Shown here: piece after piece, positions 8,266 to 18,094 of the stretch
Layout: every line of letters begins with the position of its first letter
Numbering within the stretch: position 1 is the stretch's first letter
Assembly (NCBI GenBank): GCA_965216785.1
Contig: OZ244197.1
Span: 2,400,001-2,464,000, forward strand
Length of the DNA: 64,000 nucleotides
Source: Thermodesulfobacteriota bacterium
GTDB lineage: Bacteria; Desulfobacterota_D; UBA1144; Nemesobacterales; UBA2774
Reading direction: 5' to 3'
Made by a program: the position numbers and the translations under genes
The notes under the pieces: model-generated
What the model saw: only the letters and a program-made list of their open reading frames with translations
Database searches by the model: none
What the model was told of the DNA's origin: nothing

Positions 8266-9408
8266 CTAGATACCGAGCTCACGAGCGATCACAACGTGCT
8301 GTATCTCGGATGTGCCTTCAGTAATGGAGGCGAGCTTCGCGTCTCTGTAGTAGCGCTCTACCGGGAACTCCACCCCGTACCCGTAGCCGCCGAGTACCTG
8401 AACGGCCTCGGTGCATACTTCCTGTACGATGTTTGATGCATAGAGCTTGGCCATTGAAGCTTCTTTAAGGGCATTCTGGTCTGTACTGTAGAGCCACGCG
8501 GCCTTGTATACAAGGAGCCTTGCGGTCTCTATCTTAACAGCCATTTCTGCTAATTTAAAACTGATTGCCTGAAACTTCGAAATCGCTCTTCCGAACGCCT
8601 CTCTCTCTTTAGAGTAGTTAAGAGCGAACTCAAACGCGGCCTGTGATAGCCCGACTGATTTTGCGGCGTGTGTTATGCGAGCGCCAAGCAGTGTTGCCAT
8701 AGCGCCGTTGAAACCGCCTTCGCCCACGAGTAGGTTTTCTTCGGGCACCTCGCAGTTCTCAAACACAAGCTCCGCCGTGTCTGCAGAGCGGTGACCGAGT
8801 TTGTGGATCTTGTTCTTTTCGGTAAACCCCGGGGCGTCGCTGTCTATAATGAAGAGGCTTATCCCGGTGCCTTTCTTAGTCTTGTCTGTATACGCTGCTA
8901 CGATCACATAGTCGCACATCGTGCCGTTGGTAATCCAGGTTTTAGTGCCGTTAATAATGTACTTACCGTCTTTTTTCGCTGCGGTCGCGCGTATGGCTCT
9001 TGCGTCCGAGCCGGCGTCGGGCTCTGTGAGTCCGAGAGCTCCAATCAATTTGCCCTCTATGCCTGGGATTAGATATTTCTCTTTCTGAGCGTCATTGCCG
9101 AACTTTTCAATAGGGACCATGGACAGACTAGTGTGCGCGTTTACGCACATGGCTATGCCTGCGTTGATGCGTCCCATCTCTTCTGCGAATATACACTCCG
9201 TTACTTTATCCAGACCCACACCGCCGTACTCTTCTGGCATGGATATGCCTAGGAATCCCATTTCGCCAAGCTTGGGGAATATCTCCACGGGAAATTTTTC
9301 GTTATTTTCCGCATCTTCCACCAGGGGAGTTATCTCATTCTCCCCAAAATCCCTAATCGTATCTTTGAACATTTGCTGTTCTTCTGTGAGTTCAAAATCT
9401 ATGGGCAT
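8266..9408 (-). CDS. acyl-CoA dehydrogenase
   Basis: Motifs LTEPDAGSD, NGTKTWITNG, REAFGRAI and ITEGTSEIQ (catalytic Glu). Confidence 0.93.
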   Translation of the reverse strand: MPIDFELTEEQQMFKDTIRDFGENEITPLVEDAENNEKFPVEIFPKLGEMGFLGISMPEEYGGVGLDKVTECIFAEEMGRINAGIAMCVNAHTSLSMVPIEKFGNDAQKEKYLIPGIEGKLIGALGLTEPDAGSDARAIRATAAKKDGKYIINGTKTWITNGTMCDYVIVAAYTDKTKKGTGISLFIIDSDAPGFTEKNKIHKLGHRSADTAELVFENCEVPEENLLVGEGGFNGAMATLLGARITHAAKSVGLSQAAFEFALNYSKEREAFGRAISKFQAISFKLAEMAVKIETARLLVYKAAWLYSTDQNALKEASMAKLYASNIVQEVCTEAVQVLGGYGYGVEFPVERYYRDAKLASITEGTSEIQHVVIARELGI

Positions 9409-9597
9409 CTCTACCTCCTGGCTGCATGATTTGCAACGTTTTTTGTTGTTTTTAGTGTTTGCCGCCCTTGATTATAGCATGATTTTAAATTTTTTGTACT
9501 CATTTTAGTGCTCTAAGTAAGATTTACCTTGACTTTTTTTAATAATTTTTATTATAGTAGTAACAGGAACGAAAAAACACCCAAGGAGGTTTACACT

Positions 9598-9804
9598 ATG
9601 GCTGTAGCAAGAATAACAGAGATTATCGGATCATCGGAAACATCGTGGGACGATGCCGTAAAGAATGCGATGGAGAGAGCGAACCAAACACTCCGCGGCT
9701 TGACCGGGCTTGAGGTTACCAAGATGAACGCTTCAGTTGGCGAAGACGGGCAGATTGCGGAATACAGAGCGCACATCAGAATTACATTTATCTTGGAAGG
9801 CTAA
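9598..9804 (+). CDS. dodecin-family flavin-binding protein
   Basis: MAVARITEIIGSSETSWDDAVKNA...YRAHIRITFIL, 68 aa; AGGAGG site supports the ATG at 9598. Confidence 0.9.
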   Translation: MAVARITEIIGSSETSWDDAVKNAMERANQTLRGLTGLEVTKMNASVGEDGQIAEYRAHIRITFILEG

Positions 9805-9830
9805 GACTTAATCACAGATAGAACATAATA

Positions 9831-9852
9831 AGGGGGGCGAAGATGCCCCCCT
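9831..9852 (+). terminator. GC-rich hairpin after dodecin
   Basis: aggggggc-gaagat-gcccccct-like inverted repeat. Confidence 0.5.
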
Positions 9853-10128
9853 CCTGAAGGTCTCAATACCTTCCCCTATATAATTCAGGATAATCTATAT
9901 ATATAGATTATTATCACTTAATCATACCCCCCTATTTTACCATACTATTATCCACAACATCGCAAAATAAATATGCATATGCGCAAAATAAATTAGCCCC
10001 ATTTTTCAATATCGAGTAATGACAGGGGGTTACGGCATTATAAATCTTCGCAAGTGCGTACAAATACCCTTGACAACGCAAAATTACCGCTTATATTATT
10101 ACTAAATACAAGACAGGAGGTCATGAAA

Positions 10129-10548
10129 ATGGCTGCAAAAAAGAAAGTATTTGACACAGAAGAATTTACATCTTCATTCAAGGAATTCTCAAAACTTATG
10201 AAAGAGACATATTTAAGTACTCTTGATTTCTCTCTTTCGGTTGCCGAGGAAAATAAAAAAGCTATTAACGGGCAGCTCGATTACTTAATCGGCGCTGAGA
10301 AAGAATACGTTAAGTCCGTTAAAGATTTTTATGCCGAGGCTCCTGTTAAGGACCTGCCTTTCGGCAAGTTTGACACAAAAGCTTTTGAAGAGGGCGTAGA
10401 CAAGCTGATAGATTATCAGAAGAACGCTATTGAGTCCGTAAAAGGTATCTCAGACAACGTGACCACAGAGAGCTATGTAATTACCAAGAAAAATCTTGAG
10501 AAAGGTTTTAGTCTCTTTGATGAAGCGCTGGATTCTATAAAGATATAA
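10129..10548 (+). CDS. amphipathic helical protein, phasin-like (granule-associated) candidate
   Basis: AGGAGGT site and TTGACA promoter upstream; 139 aa, helical amphipathic pattern, no Trp or Cys. The function call is an inference. Confidence 0.5.
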   Translation: MAAKKKVFDTEEFTSSFKEFSKLMKETYLSTLDFSLSVAEENKKAINGQLDYLIGAEKEYVKSVKDFYAEAPVKDLPFGKFDTKAFEEGVDKLIDYQKNAIESVKGISDNVTTESYVITKKNLEKGFSLFDEALDSIKI

Positions 10549-10569
10549 ATCAATCAGAGTTATAATCCG

Positions 10570-10595
10570 GGAGAGCCTGGCCCAATGGGCTCTCC
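10570..10595 (+). terminator. hairpin after the phasin-like gene
   Basis: ggagagcc...ggctctcc. Confidence 0.5.
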
Positions 10596-10698
10596 AACAG
10601 GGTTATTAAAAAGGGTTTTATTTTCATTTTGTCTTTTCGGATTTAACAGGGCGGCTTATACCCAGGGTCTCGTATTATAGGTAACAAGTGATTTCACT

Positions 10699-10726
10699 CT
10701 TGAACTCAAAGCTGCGCACTCCCTAT
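10699..10726 (+). promoter_or_regulatory. sigma32-like promoter upstream of the alternative sigma gene
   Basis: CTTGAA-N16-CCCTAT. Confidence 0.4.
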
Positions 10727-10775
10727 CAGCTCCTATTCAGAAAACCCTAATTTCTATTACACTTAAAGGAATAAG

Positions 10776-11975
10776 ATGGCTAGAAAACAAGAATTTGAGA
10801 ATGTCGCTCCGGATATAAAAGAAGTAGATTCTCTTGCGCATTTAAGTGATTTTAAAGATGTTGCCGATTTTATGGGTGAGGACTCAAAGAACGGCGAATT
10901 TGATTTTAATACTGAAGAATTTGACCGGGAAGACTCAATTGATGTTAAAAGCAACAATCTGAAAGAGCGAAAAGCCTCGACCGAGGAGCACCTGAGGCTT
11001 CTTCACGTATATTTTAAGGATCTTGAGCATGAGACTTCCCTACTTACGCCAGAGGAAGAAATCCGCATTGCCGCGAACATAAAAAAATGCGGAGCAAAAG
11101 CCCGGGCGCTGCAATCAAAGCTCCGGAAAATATCAAAATTAAACGGCAGTAAAAGCGGTAAACACGTACAAAGCTCTCTTAAGAACGGGATGAAATATGC
11201 GGACAGGATAAACACCCTTTCTGACGCGTATATGAAACGCTCGTTCGAGCTCAAGCAGCGCTTCATAAAATCGAACCTAAAACTCGTTATCAGTATTGCT
11301 AAAAATTATATGGGCCGCGGTCTCCCTCTCTCGGACCTGATTCAGGAAGGGAACCTGGGACTACTTCGCGCAGTAGAGAAATATGATTACACGCTCGGAT
11401 ATAAGTTTTCGACCTATGCGAGCTGGTGGATACAGCAGGCTGTGTTCAGAGCGCCGTTTGAACGCTCTAAGGTCATAAGGATCCCCGTGTATCTGTATGA
11501 GTGGTCAGGAAAAGTAAAGGCCATGAACGCTATTCTGGAAAAAGAGCTTGGAAGAGAGCCCACTATGGAAGAGCTGGCTAAGGAGCTTGGAATTTCCACC
11601 TCTGTCACGAAGCGGATCATTCAAGCAGCCTCAGATGTGATGAGAAACGTAAGCTCGCTGGATACCCCGGTTACGGACAGTGACGAAAGGACCAGAGTGG
11701 AATTTGTAGAAGACCACAGAATACCCCAGCCCGATAAAGCAATCACAAAACGGATTATAAATAAAAGGATAAGAGAGATAATCTCTCATCTTGACCCCAA
11801 GGAGCAGGAAATACTGAAGATGCGATTTGGGATCGGTATCAATACTACCTATACGCTTAGTGAAATAGGGCAGGAGTTCGGAGTTACCAGAGAGCGTATC
11901 AGACAGATTGAGAAACAGGCGCTTGAAAAAATTTCCACTTCTCCACTCGGCGAGAACTTAAGAGACCTGATTTAA
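10776..11975 (+). CDS. sigma70-family RpoD/RpoS-like alternative sigma factor
   Basis: Motifs NLKLVISIAK, DLIQEGNLGL, FSTYASWW and GVTRERIRQIE; no recognisable region 1.1. Confidence 0.9.
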   Translation: MARKQEFENVAPDIKEVDSLAHLSDFKDVADFMGEDSKNGEFDFNTEEFDREDSIDVKSNNLKERKASTEEHLRLLHVYFKDLEHETSLLTPEEEIRIAANIKKCGAKARALQSKLRKISKLNGSKSGKHVQSSLKNGMKYADRINTLSDAYMKRSFELKQRFIKSNLKLVISIAKNYMGRGLPLSDLIQEGNLGLLRAVEKYDYTLGYKFSTYASWWIQQAVFRAPFERSKVIRIPVYLYEWSGKVKAMNAILEKELGREPTMEELAKELGISTSVTKRIIQAASDVMRNVSSLDTPVTDSDERTRVEFVEDHRIPQPDKAITKRIINKRIREIISHLDPKEQEILKMRFGIGINTTYTLSEIGQEFGVTRERIRQIEKQALEKISTSPLGENLRDLI

Positions 11976-12023
11976 TCTTTTGTACGACTTCTATATAATA
12001 GTCCGGCAAGCTTAAGTTAAGGC

Positions 12024-12398
12024 TTATTCGTCGGGACCTTGTATTACCTCTATTTCTTCTTCACTTTCAGTCGCGCCGTCAGGCCCAAGTCCAAGTATCC
12101 ACTCGTTTACATAAGCGTCCAGATCAAAGGGCGGCTCCCATTTCTTATTGATGAAGATTAAAAGCTCCTGACCTGGATAGATCCTTGAGCCTCTAATCTC
12201 GCTCGGGTTCCACTGTCTGATCTTCCGCCATTCCCGCGGGTTGAGCATATAATAGCCGGCAAGAACGCCAAGAGTCTCGCCTTTTTTGACCGTATGGTAA
12301 GTCGTTGTGTATTTTGGCGGAGGGAATTCTATTGCCCAAGCCTGTGATGAGATAAAGAAAAGAGTTAATCCTACAATTGCAATTAAACGAACAAACAT
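12024..12398 (-). CDS. secreted LysM-domain protein
   Basis: Signal peptide (AWA cleavage site); HTVKKGETL...IYPGQELLI. Confidence 0.85.
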   Translation of the reverse strand: MFVRLIAIVGLTLFFISSQAWAIEFPPPKYTTTYHTVKKGETLGVLAGYYMLNPREWRKIRQWNPSEIRGSRIYPGQELLIFINKKWEPPFDLDAYVNEWILGLGPDGATESEEEIEVIQGPDE

Positions 12399-12536
12399 AA
12401 CATCACCCCTTTAAGTGTTGTTGTTAACACTATAATTTTACTACATTTTTTGCCTGTTTGTATAGTACCCAAGCGTAAATTGCCAAATTGATATTAAGAT
12501 TGCCGGTTTTTTTATGTACATTAATAGCCACAGAAG

Positions 12537-12986
12537 ATGCGTATTATCCTACAAAGAGTGAAACAGGCGAGTGTTGAAATCGGAGGCGAGGTGGTCGGCC
12601 AAATAGGGCAGGGCGCGCTCGTCCTTTTGGGAGCCGGGAAAGAGGATACTGACCAGGACGTTGAGTATCTGGTAGAGAAGATCCTGGGGCTCAGGATATT
12701 CGAGGACGACGCCGGGAAGATGAATTTATCCGTAACAGATATAGGCGGAGAAATTCTCGTAGTGTCGCAGTTTACGCTTTACGGCGACTGCAGAAAAGGA
12801 AGGAGGCCGTCATTCGATAAGGCCGCTTCGCCTGACCTGGCAGAGGACCTCTACGAAAGCTTCGTCCAAAGGTTGCGGGACTTCGGCATTCCCGTGCAAA
12901 CAGGCAAATTCGGCGCGATGATGGATGTGTCTCTAGTTAATTGGGGACCTGTTACTATCATGCTAGATAGTAAGAGGGGGTTTTAG
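12537..12986 (+). CDS. dtd: D-aminoacyl-tRNA deacylase
   Basis: Motifs [18 protein letters not shown] and NWGPVT (Gly-cisPro). Confidence 0.96.
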   Translation: MRIILQRVKQASVEIGGEVVGQIGQGALVLLGAGKEDTDQDVEYLVEKILGLRIFEDDAGKMNLSVTDIGGEILVVSQFTLYGDCRKGRRPSFDKAASPDLAEDLYESFVQRLRDFGIPVQTGKFGAMMDVSLVNWGPVTIMLDSKRGF

Positions 12987-13146
12987 GTTATTCCGTAAAT
13001 GAAAATAACAAATCACCCCCACCTTTAATTATTTTGGGTTCAGAAATTACGTGCCTGGAGTTTAATAATCAAAGTAGCTTTGATGAATATAGACCTATTC
13101 CTCACACGCTCGAAATAGTTCCCCGTCAATGGGGAGGAAATAGTTT

Positions 13147-13177
13147 AGATTCCCGATTATTACATTCGTGAATGACA
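13147..13177 (-). repeat. REP-like palindromic element (TGTCATTC...GAATCT family)
   Basis: Reverse complement tgtcattcacgaatgtaataatcgggaatct has the same ends as the element at 31955. Confidence 0.6.
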
Positions 13178-13255
13178 AGTCTTTGGTTTTTCTACTAGGT
13201 TAACTAAACAATGCTGTTAAGTTGATTTCCCCCCTTTAGTTATTATATTATCGCT

Positions 13256-13711
13256 ATGGAAAAGGTGGTCTGCACGCACCCGAGGGCAAAGCGGGACTAT
13301 GACATCGAGGAGCGTTTTGAGGCAGGGCTTGAGCTCAAGGGCTCGGAGGTAAAGTCTCTTCGCACCAGCCAGGCGAGCATCAAGGAGAGCTTCGCTATGC
13401 TGCGGGATAACGAAGTGTTTCTGATAAACAGCTACATCGCCCCTTACGAGGCTGCGAACATATTTAATCATGAAACGCGCCGCGACCGTAAGCTCCTCCT
13501 GAATAAGCACGAGATAAAGCGCCTGATCGGGAAGACGCAGATAAGGGGCTACACGCTGATACCCATTAAGATGTACTTTAAGAACGGTAAAGCAAAAGTT
13601 GAGATTGCGCTTGGCAAGGGTAAAAAAGTTCTGGATAGGCGTGAGGATATAAAGAAGCGCGAGGCCGACCGCGAGATGGAAAGGGCCATCAAGCAGAAGC
13701 ACCGCTATTAA
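13256..13711 (+). CDS. smpB: SsrA-binding protein
   Basis: Motifs EAGLELKGSEVKSLR, RKLLLNKHEI and GKKVLDRRE; adjacent to tmRNA. Confidence 0.97.
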   Translation: MEKVVCTHPRAKRDYDIEERFEAGLELKGSEVKSLRTSQASIKESFAMLRDNEVFLINSYIAPYEAANIFNHETRRDRKLLLNKHEIKRLIGKTQIRGYTLIPIKMYFKNGKAKVEIALGKGKKVLDRREDIKKREADREMERAIKQKHRY

Positions 13712-13795
13712 CACCTGTTAAGAGCCTTATTCCTAGTGTACAATTATATATATAATCACATTCATCGTGTATTATATCTTGTTCTTCCAATTTAT

Positions 13796-14150
<355 letters not shown>

Positions 14151-14171
14151 ACTGATACGGAGTATCTGCTA

Positions 14172-14552
14172 GTGTCCGATATTGATTTGATGTCTCAGAT
14201 AATAAATCTGAACAATGCCTGGATGGACGATTTTAAAAGGGGCGACGCCAAGGCAGTAGGGGAGCATTATACTGACGATGCCGTAAGCCTGCCGCCCGGC
14301 ATTAATCCTATTGTAGGGAAGCAGGCGATAATCGACTACTGGCGCGAGGCAATGGTCTCAGGCGCGGGCAGCCTAAATATTCAGACAAAAGAAGTTGAAA
14401 GGGCAGGGGAGCTGGTTATTGAGATTGGCGAGACGGAGCTTCTGAGCGCGGAAAGGGAAATACTGGATCGTTTTAATTACATGGTCATATGGAAAGAATC
14501 AGGCGACTCCTGGCTAATATACAAAGAGATATGGAACTCCACACAAAAGTAA
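14172..14552 (+). CDS. SnoaL/NTF2-like (DUF4440/YybH-type) protein
   Basis: Motifs HYTDDAVSLPPG, GKQAIIDYW and YMVIWK...WLIYKEIWN. Confidence 0.8.
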   Translation: MSDIDLMSQIINLNNAWMDDFKRGDAKAVGEHYTDDAVSLPPGINPIVGKQAIIDYWREAMVSGAGSLNIQTKEVERAGELVIEIGETELLSAEREILDRFNYMVIWKESGDSWLIYKEIWNSTQK

Positions 14553-14561
14553 TCCAAAATT

Positions 14562-15386
14562 CTAGGAAAAAAACTTTTTCTTATGAATGTGATCCAGGCA
14601 CGGCATGCGGCGTCTTATGTCCTCTAGATAATCCATGTCTATATCCGCTGTGATCACGTCGTCTTTATCCTGGCACACTGTAAGCACCTGGCCCCAGGGG
14701 TCTACGATCATCGAGCGTCCGTAGGTCATGATGCCGGGTTTGTACAGGCCGTGCTGTGCGGGCGCTACAATGTAGCACTGGTTCTCGATAGCTCTTGCCC
14801 TTAGCAAAACCTCCCAATGGTCTTTGCCTGTATAGAGGGTAAACGCCGAGGGGACAAAGATTATCCTTGCGCCTTTCAGAGCAAGCGCTCTGTAAAGCTC
14901 GGGGAAGCGTAGGTCGTAACATATGCTAAGGCCCACAGTATGCCCAAAGAGATTTACCGTTACTACTTTATTACCTCCTTTTATGTGCGAAGACTCTTTG
15001 TGCGTATAGTCTTTATCCAGCGCAACGTCAAAGAGGTGCATCTTGTCATAGCGCGCTGTAATCTTCCCCTTGTTATCAATGACAAGACATGTGTTGCTGA
15101 CTTTATTTTTATTCCCGGTTTTAAATGGAATGCTGCCTCCGACTATCGCTACTCTATTGGTCCTTGCGAACTTCTTAAGAGCTTTTACGGCGGGGTCTTT
15201 GTCCGGCTCTGTGGCGAAGGCGAGCTTTCCTTCCGATTCACCTACGTAGGAGAAGTCTTCCGGGAGACCTATAATCCGCGCTCCGAGCTCGACCGCTTTT
15301 TCCATAAGCTCCAGGGATTTTGATATGTTAGTTCCCCTGTCCGATGAAGGGGACATCTGAACCGCGGCAATTTTTAAGTTACTCAT
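14562..15386 (-). CDS. carbon-nitrogen hydrolase (Nit1/omega-amidase-like)
   Basis: Glu-Lys-Cys triad motifs LPED, YDKMHLFDV and ICYDLRFPE; RARAIENQ. Confidence 0.92.
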   Translation of the reverse strand: MSNLKIAAVQMSPSSDRGTNISKSLELMEKAVELGARIIGLPEDFSYVGESEGKLAFATEPDKDPAVKALKKFARTNRVAIVGGSIPFKTGNKNKVSNTCLVIDNKGKITARYDKMHLFDVALDKDYTHKESSHIKGGNKVVTVNLFGHTVGLSICYDLRFPELYRALALKGARIIFVPSAFTLYTGKDHWEVLLRARAIENQCYIVAPAQHGLYKPGIMTYGRSMIVDPWGQVLTVCQDKDDVITADIDMDYLEDIRRRMPCLDHIHKKKFFS

Positions 15387-15388
15387 CG

Positions 15389-16063
15389 TTATCCTTTCTT
15401 TCTGCTGTTAACTATAGCATCGAAAAGCTCATCTCCCTCATATCTCATAACCCAGGTGTCAGGGCCGACGACCTGCATCAGCACTTTAGATCCAGGGCTG
15501 CAGTGGCTTATGCTCCCTATATGGGGGTTGTCTCCCTCATAGGTTAAAATCCAGGCGTCTTCATCGCTCGGGCAGTCTATGAATAGAGAGAGCTTCAAGC
15601 CGCCGGGTATTATCTGATGAAGCACCACGCCATCGCCCGAGAGAACCCACATTACCTCATCCACTGAGTTGCCGTTGTCTGAAACGTTTATGTGAAAACG
15701 GTCGAAGCGGCTGTAATCTACCCCTTTGAGCACTATATATAACTGAGGGTATGTATAATCGTAAGGCATACAGCGCGTAACGAGCGCCCCGCCTCCAGGC
15801 ACTTTGGGCTCACGGCCCGCTTCCTTAAGAAGCTCTACAAACCTTTCTCTCGGCATCAGAAAATAATCCGATATCTCCTTTGATTCCTCATCAGTAAGAT
15901 TTTTCTTTTTTATAAGACTTTGAACATGCTCGGGCACCTGCCTCAGGTCAAGCGGCCATATTTTTGAGCCCACATGTCCTAGCTCTCCGTTAATACCATC
16001 TAGTGTATCTGGTGTCTCTCGTCCGTCAGAGTATTCAAGACGGAGACTATTTTCTATTCCCAT
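15389..16063 (-). CDS. divergent cupin, acireductone dioxygenase-like
   Basis: FDRFHIN...DEVMWVLSGDG...PHIG resembles cupin/ARD motifs; GAGG ribosome-binding site. Confidence 0.55.
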   Translation of the reverse strand: MGIENSLRLEYSDGRETPDTLDGINGELGHVGSKIWPLDLRQVPEHVQSLIKKKNLTDEESKEISDYFLMPRERFVELLKEAGREPKVPGGGALVTRCMPYDYTYPQLYIVLKGVDYSRFDRFHINVSDNGNSVDEVMWVLSGDGVVLHQIIPGGLKLSLFIDCPSDEDAWILTYEGDNPHIGSISHCSPGSKVLMQVVGPDTWVMRYEGDELFDAIVNSRKKG

Positions 16064-16085
16064 TCAGAATAGCACCTCTGGAGGA

Positions 16086-17324
16086 TTAATTATTATCAAC
16101 CGATTTTTTATAAGTTAAAAGTAAGAGTCCGCCTAATATAGAGGCGACCCCGAAAGTCAGAATAGGCAGTGGTACTAATAGGGCCGCGAGAAAACCTCCG
16201 ACTGCTGCGCCAATTGACTCGGCACCAACCTGTATGGCGAGATTGTTACCCAGCACACGGCCCTGTCTTTCAGAGCTGACAAGTGTAGACAGATAGGTGC
16301 CGCATCCGGAAATAGCCCACATCAATACCAAGAACGCTACCGCGGATAATACCCAGGCGGAAAGGATGTCTGATTTAGGAATGACGATAGCTAATATCAG
16401 AATACCCCCGATCAGTGACGACGATACTGTTATTTGTTTTAGACTAAAATGTTTGGTTAAGGGAGCGAAGAAAAAGAAATTCGATACCGCGCAGACTGCT
16501 GAGATATAAGCGTAGTAGAGTGTTACTTTATCAATTCCGTAATGCCACTCGTCTATAATATAAATCTGTATCACCCTCGCGAGTCCAAATACACCAAAGT
16601 AAATGAGGAAGTTAATCAGATAGACCCGCCTGATCGGAAGGTCCGTAAAGACTGTGGCCAGGTTTGTAAAACTCTTAAAATAGCTGATCTCTTTATTCTT
16701 ATCCGGGACAAAAGGATCGTGGAAGCTTTTCAGTACCCAGAGATAAATAAATACTAGGAGTACCGTAACCACCCAGAACGGCGTGGCGATGCTGAAATGC
16801 ACGGCCAGCTGTCCGCCAACGAGCGGGCCTATGATGTAACCCATACTCATTGCCACGTACAGGTATGAGAATAGCCGTCCCCTGTCTTCCTCTGTGCTTA
16901 TGTCGGCAATGGCGCTCTGGCAGATCGCGACGTTTGACTCTGTAAGCCCGGCCAGAAAACACGCCGCCATCAAAAGCCAGAGAAATTTTATATCAATTGA
17001 ATAGGCGATAACAATATAGAAAAAGATGGTGAATATCAGAGATATCGATAGCACTCGTTTCCGCCCGAATCTGTCCCCCAGTGAGCCTATAACGGGTGCC
17101 CCCAGGAACTGCCCCAGCGGATACAGAGCGAGCAGTATGCCGCTGTATATAACTCTTGTTGACCTGGTTACGGATTCGTCAAAAAACCCGGAGCCGTGCA
17201 TGAGCATGGGGATAAATATCGTCACCATAAGCCCATAGCCGGTAAACGCGATTAAAATTACAAGATATAGAGGCAGTATCGGATGAAGGTCGGTTTTCTC
17301 GTAATTAGGCCGTGCGGAAAGCAT
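16086..17324 (-). CDS. MFS transporter (DHA1/TetA-like)
   Basis: About 12 hydrophobic segments; motif A GSLGDRFGRKRVL; motif C GYIIGPLVGG. Confidence 0.92.
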   Translation of the reverse strand: MLSARPNYEKTDLHPILPLYLVILIAFTGYGLMVTIFIPMLMHGSGFFDESVTRSTRVIYSGILLALYPLGQFLGAPVIGSLGDRFGRKRVLSISLIFTIFFYIVIAYSIDIKFLWLLMAACFLAGLTESNVAICQSAIADISTEEDRGRLFSYLYVAMSMGYIIGPLVGGQLAVHFSIATPFWVVTVLLVFIYLWVLKSFHDPFVPDKNKEISYFKSFTNLATVFTDLPIRRVYLINFLIYFGVFGLARVIQIYIIDEWHYGIDKVTLYYAYISAVCAVSNFFFFAPLTKHFSLKQITVSSSLIGGILILAIVIPKSDILSAWVLSAVAFLVLMWAISGCGTYLSTLVSSERQGRVLGNNLAIQVGAESIGAAVGGFLAALLVPLPILTFGVASILGGLLLLTYKKSVDNN

Positions 17325-17457
17325 AGAATATACCCCTCAATTAGAAGTCATTATTTTTGAAAAGCTCCCCCTCGAAAACCATTATAACAAACGCGGGAGG
17401 AAAACTATACGGCTAATTCTTTGTAGATTCGAGTTGAATTTACATATACTGCCGTTC

Positions 17458-17931
17458 CTATTTAACCTTTTTCCATCTGTCTATGTAGTTACCTCTGCTC
17501 ATAGCGGTGAATGAGCCGTACAGGTTCTCAAACGGCGGTATCTGCATCTCAACGTTTCCGTCCGCCATCACCATCTCGGAGGAGCCTGACTTTTTGTCGA
17601 AGTCATACTTGATGCCTGTACCGTCGTTCACGGCATTGTATATAAGCTCCAAAGAATACGTAGAGCCTGAAATCTTGTATGTACCAACGGCGGAGCGTGA
17701 AGTGACGTTACCGTCTTTGTCTTTTGCGGCGCGGTTAAGGCTCATGTACCCATCGCTTAGGATATAAACTCCCGCAACAGCGGGCGGGGTGAGCACAGTG
17801 CCGTCCGGAAGCTCGCGCGACTGGAGCACATATATACCTTCGATCGACGTGAAGTCTTCTGAGTGCGATATAACGCTGAATGAAACGGTTAGCAGTAAAG
17901 CTCCGAAAAACACAAAAAGTCTGTTAGTCAT
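17458..17931 (-). CDS. secreted lipocalin-like beta-barrel hypothetical protein
   Basis: Signal peptide; IEGIYVLQS, GTYKISG and terminal W-K-K-V-K; GGGAGAGG site. Confidence 0.5.
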   Translation of the reverse strand: MTNRLFVFFGALLLTVSFSVISHSEDFTSIEGIYVLQSRELPDGTVLTPPAVAGVYILSDGYMSLNRAAKDKDGNVTSRSAVGTYKISGSTYSLELIYNAVNDGTGIKYDFDKKSGSSEMVMADGNVEMQIPPFENLYGSFTAMSRGNYIDRWKKVK

Positions 17932-18094
17932 ATTTTTACCCTCCCTATGGATAATGACTGATAATGTTTAAACACATTATAACCCGATAGCAGGGTTAGA
18001 TGCTATCACTAAATAACCGTGAAAATATCTCACACCATTAGCACATTTTAGGCTTATAATTAAAGAAGAATAAGCTTTTAGATTAAAAGGTGCT

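Noticed and set aside
13217-13714. 165-aa minus-strand ORF
   Set aside because: Antisense to smpB.
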